From NCBI RefSeq assembly GCF_036321535.1, contig NC_087437.1:82586001-82650000 (forward strand): DNA of 64,000 bases, in the 5' to 3' direction. The DNA is from Camelus dromedarius (taxonomy: Eukaryota). Under the pieces are notes generated by a model. That model worked only from the letters and a program-made list of their open reading frames with translations, was not told where the DNA came from and made no database searches. Positions 49,121 through 61,799 of the stretch are shown piece by piece (within the stretch, counting starts at the first letter, position 1; every line of letters starts with the position of its first letter). The position numbers and the translations under genes were made by a program.

Positions 49121-50078
49121 TTCAAGATGTTATTAAAGATTCAGCATTCCTTCTTGAAATGGAAAGAACTCCAGAGGTCCTTCCTTCTTGGCTATTAGTT
49201 AATGATCACAAACAAATACTTTAGCTAGTTTCTATTTTGTTCATAAATTTAAGCAAGAATACCTCATGGGGTTATTGTAAGATTTAAATAAACAATCTAC
49301 ATAGAATATCTAGGGAAGTGTCCAGATTTGATCAAACTTAGGTCCCATCCCCTCCTTACTCCATCACAAAAAAATAGGTTATAGATATTTCTGTAAATAT
49401 GCAAATTTAGGAATATTTTCCCCAAGTAAAGTGCTTAAAATAAATGCCTGAAACTTCTAGATGTAGTGGAAATGAGAGATAAGTCAAAGGAACAAATTAT
49501 AGTGACTGCTGACAAGTTGGGTATTGGTGATGAAGAGAGACAAGACTTAAAGACAAGACTTCCTCAAACAAGAAAAAAAAAAAAAAGAACTGGTCACAGA
49601 AATAGGAGCTTGTTAAAATGTGGTTACTTTGTTGATGAAGAAGGTGAAGAATTTGGTATAGATAAGGAGTGTAAAGTGAAAAATTGATGATTTTAAAATC
49701 TAATATCTTGTTATTCTGTAAGCACGTTTGATAAAGCTGCCAGCCAATAAGCTAACCAGACTCTAAAATTCTGTAATAATTAACAAGGAGAGTTCAGAAA
49801 TGTTCCCCAAAGCAACAAAGGCTGGGGCATAAATTTAATATTGTGAATTATATATCCATTCTGAAAGAGAAGTACGCGAAAGGACTAAGAGTGGAGGGCC
49901 CACCAGAGACAAAAGGACCTAGAAGGAGGCAGCAGAAAAACAGAAAGCAAACTCCTTCATAATTTAGCCAACAGCCTTCCATGGGTGTTCATTATTGATG
50001 CAACTGAGCCCTGGTACTAAGTGCAAATCCAGTACCATTAGCAGAATTCTCCCCACACTGAGAATATTGGAAGCTGTA

Positions 50079-50269
50079 TATTATGGGGTAAATTGTGTCT
50101 GCCCCAAATTCGTATATTGAAGTCTTAACCCCCAGTACCACAGAATGTGACCTTATTTGGAAATAGGATTATTGCAGATGTAATTAGTTAAAATTAGGTC
50201 ATACTGGAGTATGGTGGCCCCTAATCCAGTATGACTGATGTCCTTATAAAAGGGACATATTTGGACATA

Positions 50270-50307
<38 letters not shown>

Positions 50308-50567
50308 TAGAGAACACCATGCAAAGATGAAGGTAGAGATCGAGTAGAGATTCTACAAACCAAGAAATGTCAGATTTCCACCAAACCACCAGAAGCTAGT
50401 TAGGAAGCATGGAATAGATTCTCCCTCACAGCCCTCAAAAGGAACCAGTCCTGTTGACACCTTGGTCTTGGCCTTCTGGCCTCCAGGGTTGTGAGACAAT
50501 AAATTTTTATTGTTTATGCCACCCAGTTTGTGGTATTTTGTCATGGCAGCCCTAGCAAACTAATACA
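50079..50567 (+). mobile_element. MaLR solo LTR (MLT1B/C-like) with internal (CA)n
   Basis: aattgtgtctgccccaaattcgtatattgaagtcttaacccccagtacc...gtttgtggtattttgtcatggcagccctagcaaactaataca. Confidence 0.92.
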
Positions 50568-53321
50568 GGGTTAGCTTTTCTGGCAATTTCCCAGTGCTGA
50601 CTAGCATTGCTGCTTGCTATAGAAAACTTTGCATCTTAAAAAAAGACTTCTTTAATGTAACTAGAGGAATTCAGAGAGTGTTTAAGAACAGATACTTTTC
50701 TGGGTTTTTAAGGAGGCCTAATAAAACTGGGAAGCAAGTGATACACAAAGGAATGCCTGCATCCGGTTGCAGGCTTAAAAGAGCAAGAAGGATCCGAAGA
50801 TGTTAGGTCGATTAATTTCATACAGGTAAAAAATGTCAGCTTGTCTATTGTAATAAAAATTAAAACATACAATTAATTCTGCAAAAACATTTAGGAAGGA
50901 GTTAACTATTTTGTTCTCTCTTAGGGCCAAAATATTCTGTAACTGATAAAATATCAGAACAGTAAATGTCTTTAGACAGAACCTCATCTTATAAATGAGG
51001 AAGTAAGAGCAAGAAAGATTAAAAGTGGCCTGTGCAGTCATGATGTTGGACCAGGCCAGAGGCCTTTTGTCAGAGAGACCGAAAAGAAATTGAAATCCTT
51101 GAATTGAATCATAATCTCTGTCCCTAGACCTTGCTTGGTGTCAAAAACATGCTTATTCAAAGAATGGTCCCTAAAGTTAACCATGCCAGAATGCTAATGA
51201 AACTATTTCCACAGCAACTTTGATCTGACTTCACAAGCCACTGAATCATCATGGCACTATAATCCAGCTAGTTTGTGCCATTCTTTCTGGTTCCTGACCT
51301 GATTATGGGAATGCTGAACTTAAGCAAAGAGAGATTCTAGAGCTGATGAAAAAGCTTCACAGACATGGCCTTTGGGAAGGAACAAAATCTGTGAAGTTGT
51401 CTCATTATTAATTGTGTTTCCACACTTTGTTTTCTTCTCATTGTCTCTTGAAGATTAAAAACTAGGGAGTAAAATATATCTTACGGTCAAACCCCCTCAA
51501 TTTGTAAGTGAGGAGGAGACTAGGAGTGATTGTGCCTTGCCCATTGGTATGCAATGAGTTTTAGACTCATTAGTTTATATAGTTCAATGTGAAGCAAAGC
51601 AAGCATCCCTGCCTTGCTACTACTCAGTTTAGAAATGGGTAACTGTTACATATGAAGTATAGATGATAAATAATGCACAGTCATTCTACAAGCTTGGCCA
51701 ACTCTTGAACCTTTATGCATTTCTTTATCATAGTCCCAGCTTACAGAGGAAATTGATTATCCTCCAATTACTTCCATTCAAGGATATTACGTTTCTATTT
51801 AAAAGCTTAGGTGTACTGATAGGTCATACAGATATATGAAAATATACACATAAATATAGTAAAATAAACCTGTGCCAAACATACACTTGGCCTTGCTCTG
51901 ACTCAATGTGTTTTCAAATTACTCTAAAAGCAAAGTAGTTCTTTGGGGACTAGCCAGAGCATATTTTTAAACCCCCTGTGCCAAGATCTCTGCAATTCAG
52001 CTACTAACTGACAATGGTTGGCAGTCCTGAATTCATTCAGTCCAAGTGTACGGAGGCCCCACTTTCAATATAATGGCTGGCTCAATCCTATGGTGCAGAG
52101 TGAGCAAGAATTCCACTGAACTTAATAGGTCAGACTCCTGTCAGTGTGGAGGGGGAGCAAGCAGAACCAACAGCCAGAGTCTACAGAACTCTTAAACTGC
52201 TCCTAATTAATTTTTCTAGTGACTTTAGTCTCAATTACTCAATGTGTAGACCATAATCTTTGAGTCAGAAGGAGCACTCCTAGAGTTTTATTAACCATTT
52301 TTTTATTCTAATTGCTCTCTTGCCACAAGTCTGCTTCTTAATTAGATCGAAAGAGACTAATTGATAGCCTCACAGAGTGCAGACACCACAAGGAGAAAGG
52401 GAAACTGATTCCTGTGTGGCTGTTTAGGCGAGAACATAATCAAGTTCTACCATTGGTAAAATCTAGTCCTAGTTTAGATGAAACAGGTAACTTTTCAGTA
52501 ACAATAAACTTCTTTCTTAGCATCTTCTTTTATCCTCAAACTTCCTAAGAAGTTACTGGTTATTGATTTGGGTTAGGACATTGGATTTGCTGCTCTTCAA
52601 AACGAGGCCTGTTTCTGCTTCAGTTTCACATGCCTGAAAATAATTAGCAAAAGAAAGCTTTTCACTCCATAAGTAGAGGTTAAAGACTTAAAATACATAT
52701 GAACATACTAGGTGACTCAATAAACATTAAAGAAATGAATGAGGCCACTAAGGGAAATACATTCCACATAAATGTTTTACAACTTAACTCATTTGCTAAA
52801 ATTATTTTATTTTACTGAAGTTGGATTCAAAGGTAAGCATTTCAGTATTTCTTGCTAAAAATCTGAAAATGTACACTGTTGCAATTTTGTTACGGATGGT
52901 GGGTGGACCCTTATACACCTCGGAACAAAAAACCAACAGTGTGGAGTCCTCCCTTCGTACAGGACAGCATCCAGCTATCGTGAAAGGCAGCCTGTGGAAA
53001 CACAGTTCTGAAATCCACCTGCCAACCAGTGGAAGAGTGGTAGAGCCACAGCTTCCAGGAAGAATTTCCATTTCCAGTATTGACCTTTTCGAGCTGAATT
53101 CCCCACTACCACACTTAAGTAAGATAGTTCATCATTTAATAAATTTGAATAGAGGAGCAATAGTAAACCTAGAAGAAAAAATATATTCAAAAAATACTCT
53201 GGCCTCTAAGTATTTCCTGTAAAAATATAATCCCTTCCCTTTAAAACACCTTGTATAACAACACTCAAAAATGTTTATGGCATTTCTTTAGGTGTTTGAC
53301 TTTACTGCACACAATTCTTTT

Positions 53322-53574
53322 CTTTATTCTTATTTTTCATTGAAGTGTAGCCGATTTACAATGTTAGTTTCAGGTGTACCACAAAGTGATTCAGTTATAC
53401 ATATACATACACACACATATATTTTTTCAGTTTCTTTTCCATTATTGCTCATTGCAGGAAATTGAATATAGTTCCCTATGCTATACAGTAGGTCCTTGTT
53501 ATCTATTTTATATCTGGTAATCTTTATATAGAATTTATATAGAAACGTAATATCTAGTAATGTGTATCTGTAAA
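53322..53574 (-). mobile_element. Short L1 3'UTR insertion
   Basis: ttcattgaagtgtagccgatttacaatgttagtttcaggtgtac; TSD ACAATTCTTTT at 53311-53321 and 53575-53585. Confidence 0.88.
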
Positions 53575-55634
53575 ACAATTCTTTTTAACTGACTTAGTCT
53601 TACCTAAAATCCTAGAGGCTAGAGCCTGTCTAGAACAGAGTTTAAAATCTCAGCAGGATTCTCTTCTCCAAGGAAAAATGTTTCTTGTCATTCTTGTTTC
53701 AGTTTGGGAGAAAGTGGCCAGAAATGTTCATAGGTAGACTCCTTTGGTCAGCTTGCTTAATTTCTGGAATCAAAATGTGCCTTCACTGGACTGGGTTATG
53801 AAAGTGATATTTGCTCAGTTCTCACACTTAGGGGTAAGTAGATGCCCCCAAGTAGGAAATGTGGACTGTGGATGTCTGTCCATGAGGTGTGGGAGCGTCT
53901 GCCACAGTTTCCTTTCCAGAGTTTTTCTCTCACTGGGTTGGTGCATCTGGAATTCCTCGGCTTCCTTATGAAAATGTTGATGTTTATTCAGACTTTCTGA
54001 ATCTTCACAACGATGGTCAGATGCCTTTGGCCACCTACGTCCCTGGATAAGAGGCTGGCAGCCCTCAGGACCACTTATTCTGCTGTCTGTGACACATTAC
54101 CAGAGATTTAAAAACAGATTTGTCAAAGTCAAGTCCAGATAGATGATGTGTAAATGTTTAGTCTGAGATATTTTTTCATCTGTCTTTCTTTTGACAACTT
54201 AAACTCACTCTCCTAGGTTTGTTGATCCAACTTGGTCCTGACAAAATGAAATAATAGATTATTTTTCTATCTTGGCCTTACGAAAATAAGACTCTTTCCT
54301 GATATGAATAAGAGGGCAAGTTGGGAGAAACCTAGGACTACTGAAATTGGTAGAATGAATGTACCTTTTAGAAAGATAAGCAATTCATTCAAAATACACT
54401 GAATAAGACGTGACTATGATTAAATATGCATCACATTTACACATTTAATTCTAATATCCCAGTGCACTCAAATCCCAGATTTCTCACCATGATCCCTGAA
54501 CACCAGGGACATCTATGTGATTAAAAGGTAAATGGAGAAATACCTGCAATTGGTCTGAGAATTTCCACGGCTAATCCCACTGCACCTGAATGAGTTTCTC
54601 CTTAAGCTGTATTTTATTTATTCCATAATTAGACAAGGTTAATATCTAAAATCAACCAGTTTTTTTCTAGCTGTGCTTCCACAATTACAACAGAATTGGA
54701 AAATAGATAGTTGTAGGCATTTCAGTAGTGGTTCAATATGACCCTCTGTGAGCATCAGGCCAGCCAGACTGACTAGTTAGCTTTTCAAGGCAAGAATAAA
54801 AAACAGTCCCCAAAAGGGAAACTATCATGCAGATGATTTTGTAATTCAGGGACTATCTGGGGAACCAAAGATTTAAGTGAAGCACTCGAACTTACCCAAA
54901 CTTTTGGTATTCCATAACTCTGTTCTAACTGTACAGATGTCTTAGAGTTAAAAGGTGAGGCATAAAATCTGTTTGCTGAAAGACAGACATTTCTAACTTA
55001 CTAAATATCAGCACATCAAGGAAGAAATTACTGGAATCTCTTACAGTTGCTTACACTGGGTAGCAGCCAAAACAAAACATTCGTTATTACTGGGTAAACC
55101 TTTGTGTATCTAAGCACACTGATTTTCAGATAGAATGCATGTATGGACTCAGCATCTGGAAAACTTTGAATAACCTTCAAAATCTTGATTCAGTTGTTAA
55201 TGGTGCACTAACCACAGCTATTGAAATGCTTGGACTGCACTTCCACAAAGGATATTCTGGGTGAAGTAAGGCTAGCGTCGTCAGGACTTCACTTCAGACT
55301 TGACAGTGCTTCTCCCGACGAGCAGGTGTGGAAACTAACAGAATCAAGGGGGTACTCTCAACAGGACATTTAAAAATGAAGTCAGCTAGCTCCACTACCC
55401 TCCCTGGTATGCTTGGTAAGATGCGCATTCCCTGGGCACACATGTCTCTCCCCGTGTTTCATTTCCCATTATTTACTTGGTTAAAAAATTTTTTTGATAT
55501 GTGAATACATATGTTTACATGGCTTTATTCATTCTCAAAAGAATGTCATAATTTCTTCAATTGCTTTGAGAAGGAAAAAATTTACACAGAAAGTTGGAAT
55601 TTTTTTCTATTTATATTCATATATAAATATGAAT

Positions 55635-55997
55635 GAGAGAGAGAAATTTTAAGGAACTGGCTCACACCATTGTGGACACTGGCAGATCTAAAATCTGCAG
55701 AGCAGGCTGGCAGCTTGGAAATTCCAGCAGAAGTTGATGTTGCAGTCTTGATTCCAAAGGCAGTCTGAAAGCAGATATCCTTCCCCTTCCAAGGACCTCA
55801 GTCTTTTCTCTAAAGCTGTCAACTGATTGGATGAGGCCCACTCACATTATAGAGGGTAATCTACTTTACTCAAAGTCTACTTACTAATTTAGTTAACCAC
55901 ATCTAAAATTTACCTTTGCAGCAACATGTAAACTAGTGTTTGACCAAACAACTGGGCCCCATAGCCTAGCCAAGGTGACATAAAATTAACTATCACA
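55635..55997 (-). mobile_element. ERVL LTR (MLT2C/D-like)
   Basis: ttttaaggaactggctcac...aactgattggatgaggcccactcacattatagagggtaatctactttactcaaagtc...gcctagccaaggtgacataaaattaactatcaca. Confidence 0.88.
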
Positions 55998-56998
55998 CTA
56001 TCTTATGCATAATTCAAAATTTTATCACTTAAATATGCTCAGAGGAGTGTGTAGCAAACTATAAACTTATAAATATATAAAATATGAACTGTGGGCTTAT
56101 AAATTATTTCAATCTCAAAATTCTGGTTGTCATTTGGCCCCTTACTAGACTTTGCCTTGAAAAGATAGTATTTGGAAAATATCATACTTAGGCCTATATA
56201 TATGCCAAAATAGGGCAAAGCTAACTGAAACCTAAATTAATACCAGAAATAAATTTTGCAAAATATAGTAAAGAAATAAGAATTAATATTTCTACTAAAA
56301 CTAAGCTCAGTGGGGAAATAATACTGATACTTGGTACAAACTCGGTTATAGGTTTAGGACTTAGAGTTGATTACCTCTCTCTCTGGAAAAGTCAGACGCT
56401 AAATTGTGGAAAGTTTCCGAAATAACAACAGTTTCTGCAGTAAAGGGTGATGTTCTCTGGTGGGGAGAATCTGCTGGGTTACTTCTGAAAATTAATGATG
56501 GGTAGATACTGCAACCAGATAGCAGTCCGGCAGCCCAATTATTCAGAATCTCATAGGTGTGATACAGCCTCTAGGAGGTTTATGGCCAGAAAAAAGTTCA
56601 TGTTATGGGTTGTTCACACACATAGATTCTAATAGATGATAAAAATACCAAACTTTTTTTAACCTTTCTGAATGACTCGCCTTTAATTCATACAGAATCT
56701 GCTTCAGATGACCATCCAGTAGTTTGCCTCAGCCCTCTAGTCTTCCTTTGTGATTTCCACTTACTCTTCACTTTCAGCCCAATTCTCTTGATCATTTATT
56801 TCTTGTTATCCCACCTCCTCCCAGGATCCTGGCTGTACCTTCATTGAGCAGAATTTATAAGATGAGCCTTTCCTTGCTAAGTTACAATTCTCCTACACAC
56901 CATTATGCCAAAAACATGTGTCCTTACTTTTTTATTAAATACTCCCACTCTCACCCAATTGGAGAGAAAAAGAAAACTCTGCCTTTTCACATGAGCTT

Positions 56999-58191
56999 AA
57001 CTTTTTTTTAGTTGAAGTATAGTCAGTTGCAGTGTGTCAGTTTCTGGTGTATAGCATAATGTCCCAGTCGTGCATATACATACATATATTTGTCTTTGTA
57101 TTCTTTTTCATTAAAGGTTATTATAAGATATTGAATAGAATTCCCTGTGCTATACAGAAGAAATTTGTGGGGTTTTTAAAATTTTTTATACAGTGACTAA
57201 CATTTGCAAGGCTCAAATTCCCAAATGTATCCCTTCCCACTCCCTTTTCCTGGTAACCGTAAGATTGTTTACTATGTCTATGAGTCTGTTTCTGTTTTAT
57301 AGATGAGTTCATTAGTGTCCTCTTTTTCTCTTTTTTTTTAGATTCCACATATGAGTAATATCATGTGGTAGTTTTCTTTCTCTTTCTGGCTTATGTCACT
57401 TAAAATGACAATCTCTAGGTCCATCCATGTTGCTGCAAATGGCATTATTTTACTCTTTTTTATGGCTGAGTAGTAGTCCGTTGTATAAATATACCACAAC
57501 TTCTTTATGCAGTCATCTGTTGATGGACATTTAGGTTGCTTCCATGTCTTGGCTATTGTAAATAGTGCTGCTATGAACATTGGGGTGCAAGTATCTTTGC
57601 ATTAGAGTTCCCTCCGGATATATATCCAGAAGTGGGATTGCTGGATTATATGTTAAATCTGTTTTTAGTTTTTTGAGGAATCTCCATACTGTATCAAAGT
57701 GGTACACCAAACTATATTTCCACCAACAGTGTAGGTGAGTTTCCTTTTCTCCACAGCCTCTCTATCATTTATCATTCATGAACTTTTAAATGATGGTCAT
57801 TCTAACTGGTGTGAGGTGATACGTCATTGTAGTTTTGATTTGCATTTCTCTGATAATTAGTGATATTGAGCACTTTTTCATGTGTCTGTTGGCCATTTGT
57901 ATGTCTTCACTGGAGAATTGCTTGTTTAGGTCTTCTACCCATTTTTTGGATTGGATTGTTTGTTTTTTTTGTTATTAAGCTATATGAGCTGTTTATATAT
58001 TCTGGAAATTAAGTCTTTGTCAGTCACATCATTTGCAAATATTTTCTCCCATTCCATAGGTTGTTTTATTTTGCTTGTGGTTTCCTTTGCTGTGCAAAAG
58101 CTTGTAGGATTAACTAGGTCCCACTTTTTAATTTTTGCTCTTATTTCCATTGCCTGAGTAGACTGCCCTACAAGAACATTGCTAGTATTTA
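56999..58191 (-). mobile_element. Young 5'-truncated L1
   Basis: Minus [50 protein letters not shown] at 56987-56998 and 58192-58203; closely similar to the 35218-35790 copy. Confidence 0.93.
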
Positions 58192-58883
58192 TCACATGAG
58201 CTTTAAATTCTGTGTTCTAGTGGCCTAAAGATGTACAACACATGAAAATGAACCTGTTGCCATTGAATTGATTGAACTTTTATTATAATTATTATAAAGC
58301 TGTAGGAAGACTGAGTTTCTCAATGTTTGGAACAAGATTTTTTTCTGCTTTCTGTGTTCTTTTTCTATCTCAAATGTAAAACAAAACAAAACAAAAGAAA
58401 AAAAAAGCCTTAGCTTTAGAAATCAGAAAACTTTTTTTCCTTTTTTTCCATGACTGGTTAGAAATGAGCCTTCAGAGGACATCTGAAGACCACTGAGTTA
58501 AGGAAAAAAGGAAAACAGACTCTACTGGCACTTGTTTTATGGAAATGTTTTATTTCATACCTGATTTTTTTTTGGTATGCTATGATCGGTCATTGATGAC
58601 CAAGAGTCTTTGGTCTGGAAAAGTAATGAAGTAAAAAATACTTGAGTTCCGCTCTGTTTCCAGCATCATAAAGCTCACCTCATTAAGAAAGAAGTAAAGG
58701 CTTCAAGGAAGCACAAAGCAAATGGGATAAAAAATGCAAAACTTCTTTAGATTGAGGATATACCTTTTCTCACTGTTTTAGTTTTTTGCCAAAACATTGG
58801 CCTTCATGTAGACACTTCTGTGATATACAGTACCCTATTGGCTTTTAGGAGAGTGAACATCCTGCTTCTTTGACACTTTAGTG

Positions 58884-59138
58884 CTGTAGCCTCAGACTTT
58901 CTTGATTATGCACGTCTATCAATAGAATTATTGACCACACACCCACAATATATGTATACGTATTTATAAATTATACAACTGTACCATTTTATAATACATA
59001 CATTAGAAAACTACATATAAATAATTCAAAATGAGAAAAAATATTTAAAAGTTCTCATTTTTTTCCTGCACCCTCATGAATCACTTTGTACCTCATAGGG
59101 CACACAGCATCCCACACTCTCTGCTTTGCAGACCATTG
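58884..59138. mobile_element. hAT-Charlie MITE (MER112-like)
   Basis: agactttcttgattatgcac...acacccacaatatatgtatacgtatttataaattatac...gttctcattttttt cctgcaccc...ctttgcagaccattg. Confidence 0.7.
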
Positions 59139-59259
59139 TGTCAGCAAAGATGCTCCTTCTATGGGCTCTTTGCTTCCAGCAAATTGCCCTTAATTTTAAT
59201 TTTAAAAAATCTACACCTTCTTACTCCTCACTCTTCTCCTGTGAAGAGCCAGATTGCAT

Positions 59260-60345
59260 CCATTTCATTCTCCAAACTGCCACATAAGTCTTGTCACTGT
59301 CAGTACTCGGGGTATACCCTTTGCAAGGCCAATCCTTATTTCCTCACCAAATAGATGGATATGTTTCAGACTGTATCCTTAATTTTGTTGCAGCACTAAA
59401 TACTATTAACCACAACCTCCTTAAAATGCTTTCTTCCCCTGATTTCTGCCTTGATCTGGGGCTGCTGGGAACACAAACTGCTCAAGGCAGCCTAAGTAAC
59501 AAAACCCACAGGTGGATAACCCTCTGGACCTCTGAGCAACTGGAACCAGAAAGTTGCAACCTAAGTTTCTTTCTCAAGCACCCTATGCCCACTGACTCTC
59601 TCATTACTTCTCAGATCTGTTTTCTCTGCTTTAGTCTTGAATGGCTGACCTGACTCTGGATTCCATGGCCTCTAGTGCAAAAGCCCAGTAAAATGGCTAG
59701 AGTCTTTCATTACAGTTACACCTATCAAGAAGAAGGAATCAACTTGTCCCAGCTTGAGTCTTATGTCAAGTCATGGTCTCTGTGTCAGTTTTGGTCAGTA
59801 GGTTGAGGTCTAATTTCAGGGGTGCTCAGATTGTGCTGGTGAGTGGGCATGCCCCCCAACATGGTGGCAGGGAGGATATGGTTTGCATCTCTAGAACAGC
59901 TTCTGTGGCTCTCCTCTCCATTATTGTCCTCCCTCTCATGCCCTTCCTTCTTGGATTCTTCCACGCATTCCTTTTCATCCACCCAGTGTTTAAGGTATTT
60001 TTTTCTCCTATCTGTGGTTCTGTCTCCATTTTGCATACTAATTCCATTCACCTCGCCTTTGCAAACACCCAGTGTTGACTGATTTATACCTCACAAGGCA
60101 CACAGCACCCCATCCCTCCATACCTGTGTCTCCAGTTCAAAATCCATCCTGAGCTTGAGACCTCTCTGCATCTACCTGCTATCCCTCTGTCTCATGTCCC
60201 ACAGTCACCACAAGCCCAGGCTGAGCTCCCCATTTTGAACCCCACCACTAATTTCCAAATATCCCATCCCTAGGATCACCATGCCTAACCAGCTACCAAA
60301 ACCTGAGAGGAATTTTAGTGAGACTCCTGCTCTTGTCTGGACTAT
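59260..60345 (+). mobile_element. Degraded L2 fragments with an intervening old MaLR-like segment (~59450-59880)
   Basis: gcagcactaaatactattaaccacaacctccttaaaatgctttcttccc; tctccagttcaaaatccatcctgagcttgagacc. Confidence 0.5.
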
Positions 60346-60569
60346 ATAGTTTGGTTATCGCTTGAGATTTCTTTTGAAGTGTAAATTTCTGTTGCTTTAA
60401 AATATATGCCACCACAGTGTTCAGAATTCTTCTGCTTAAATAGCAGAGTGAACTAATACTGATTAACTTATCATAAATGAATTTAACATGTTATTTTCCC
60501 AAATAACAAATAGCTGGGTGTAGGGCCCCAGGTCATTGTGGAAAGCAATGCTGGAGAATGCTTTGGACA

Positions 60570-61010
60570 GCCATAGGATAGTATCTCTCATTTATTATTC
60601 ATCCCAACCATAGAATGTAAGTATTTTTAGTATTCCCATTTCACAAGTAAAGAAAGATACCACTCTATAGAGAGTTTGAATAAATTGTGCAATACTACAG
60701 AGCTAGTAAGAGGCTGAGGCAGGATTTTAATCCATATTCCAGAGCCCAAGCAGTGAGTTATGACAACATGCTTCCTCCTTCTATGTTATGGAATCTGGCA
60801 TATGGTTAAGAATACAGGCTTGGAAGAGATATCAAATTGGTCTTAGTTATTGCTCACCTTCTTGGGCCAGTTTTAAGCCCTCTCTGTGTTTCCTCATCTG
60901 TAAAATGGTAATAATCCAGAGCTCAGGGGATGATTATAGAGTAAATAGGAATGATAGATGTGGAATGGTGAGCAAAGAACCTGGCATATAATGATTGTTC
61001 AATAAATGGT
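60570..61010. mobile_element. Two MIRs in opposite orientation (minus ~60570-60780, plus ~60790-61010)
   Basis: tattcccatttcacaagtaaagaaa...acagagctagtaagaggctgaggcaggattttaatcc; ctctctgtgtttcctcatctgtaaaatggtaataat...cctggcatataatgattgttcaataaatg. Confidence 0.75.
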
Positions 61011-61799
61011 ACCTGTGACCCTAAATGAAACTTTGTGGTTGAGGTATGCACAGTATTACTTACAACTCTGCTCAGCCACTAGTGCTTTGTGTACCATGGG
61101 CAAAATTCCTTAACTCCCAGGTAGTTACATTCTAAAGATGCTTATTAAATAAAATAAAAGTTTTCAGTGGTGAAATGCCATTAGATATTCTGGACAGAAG
61201 GGCCTTAGATCCTGTGATATATAGCAGTTGGATATTATTTCCTTTCCCCTTTCAGATGGTGTCAGATGGTGATGTAAAAACAGTAGAAATGGTCATAGTG
61301 TCATAATGGGACCGAACAATGCAACTGGGTAAAATGTAGAATTGCATTTATTGCATAACTGCAGGATTGCCACAGAGTTAATAAAATGACAGTGAGTCAA
61401 CTAGGGATATCAGGGAACAGGCTCCCCAGTCCAAACCTGTTTGGGTCTGACTAAGAAGTGGTGGTTATCCATTTCAGTTTAAACATGGAAAGCACTCTGG
61501 CTCTTTGTGGTTAAATAGGAATTCCAGGATGGTGACAGCATTTCAAAAATCTCCCAATTATTGGTACTAGTTTTGTGGACTCAAACCTTAAAAACTACCA
61601 TAGGATGATATTGAATTGTAGAGTTCCACCCTCTACCTCAACAGTTCTGGAGATTGGTTTCCCTGGTATTGCACACCTAGCGTGGCTCTCTCCTATTACC
61701 TGCTCCTGCTTCTCCCCTCAGAAGACGAGAACTTTTAGTTCACCCTCACTTTGAAATCAAAATTCTATAGCTCAATTTGAATTACCTAAATGAATCCTT

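Noticed and set aside
52802..53222. Overlapping ORFs up to 133 aa in unique sequence
   Set aside because: No recognisable homology, non-ATG start for the longest, and no convincing splice-site pair.
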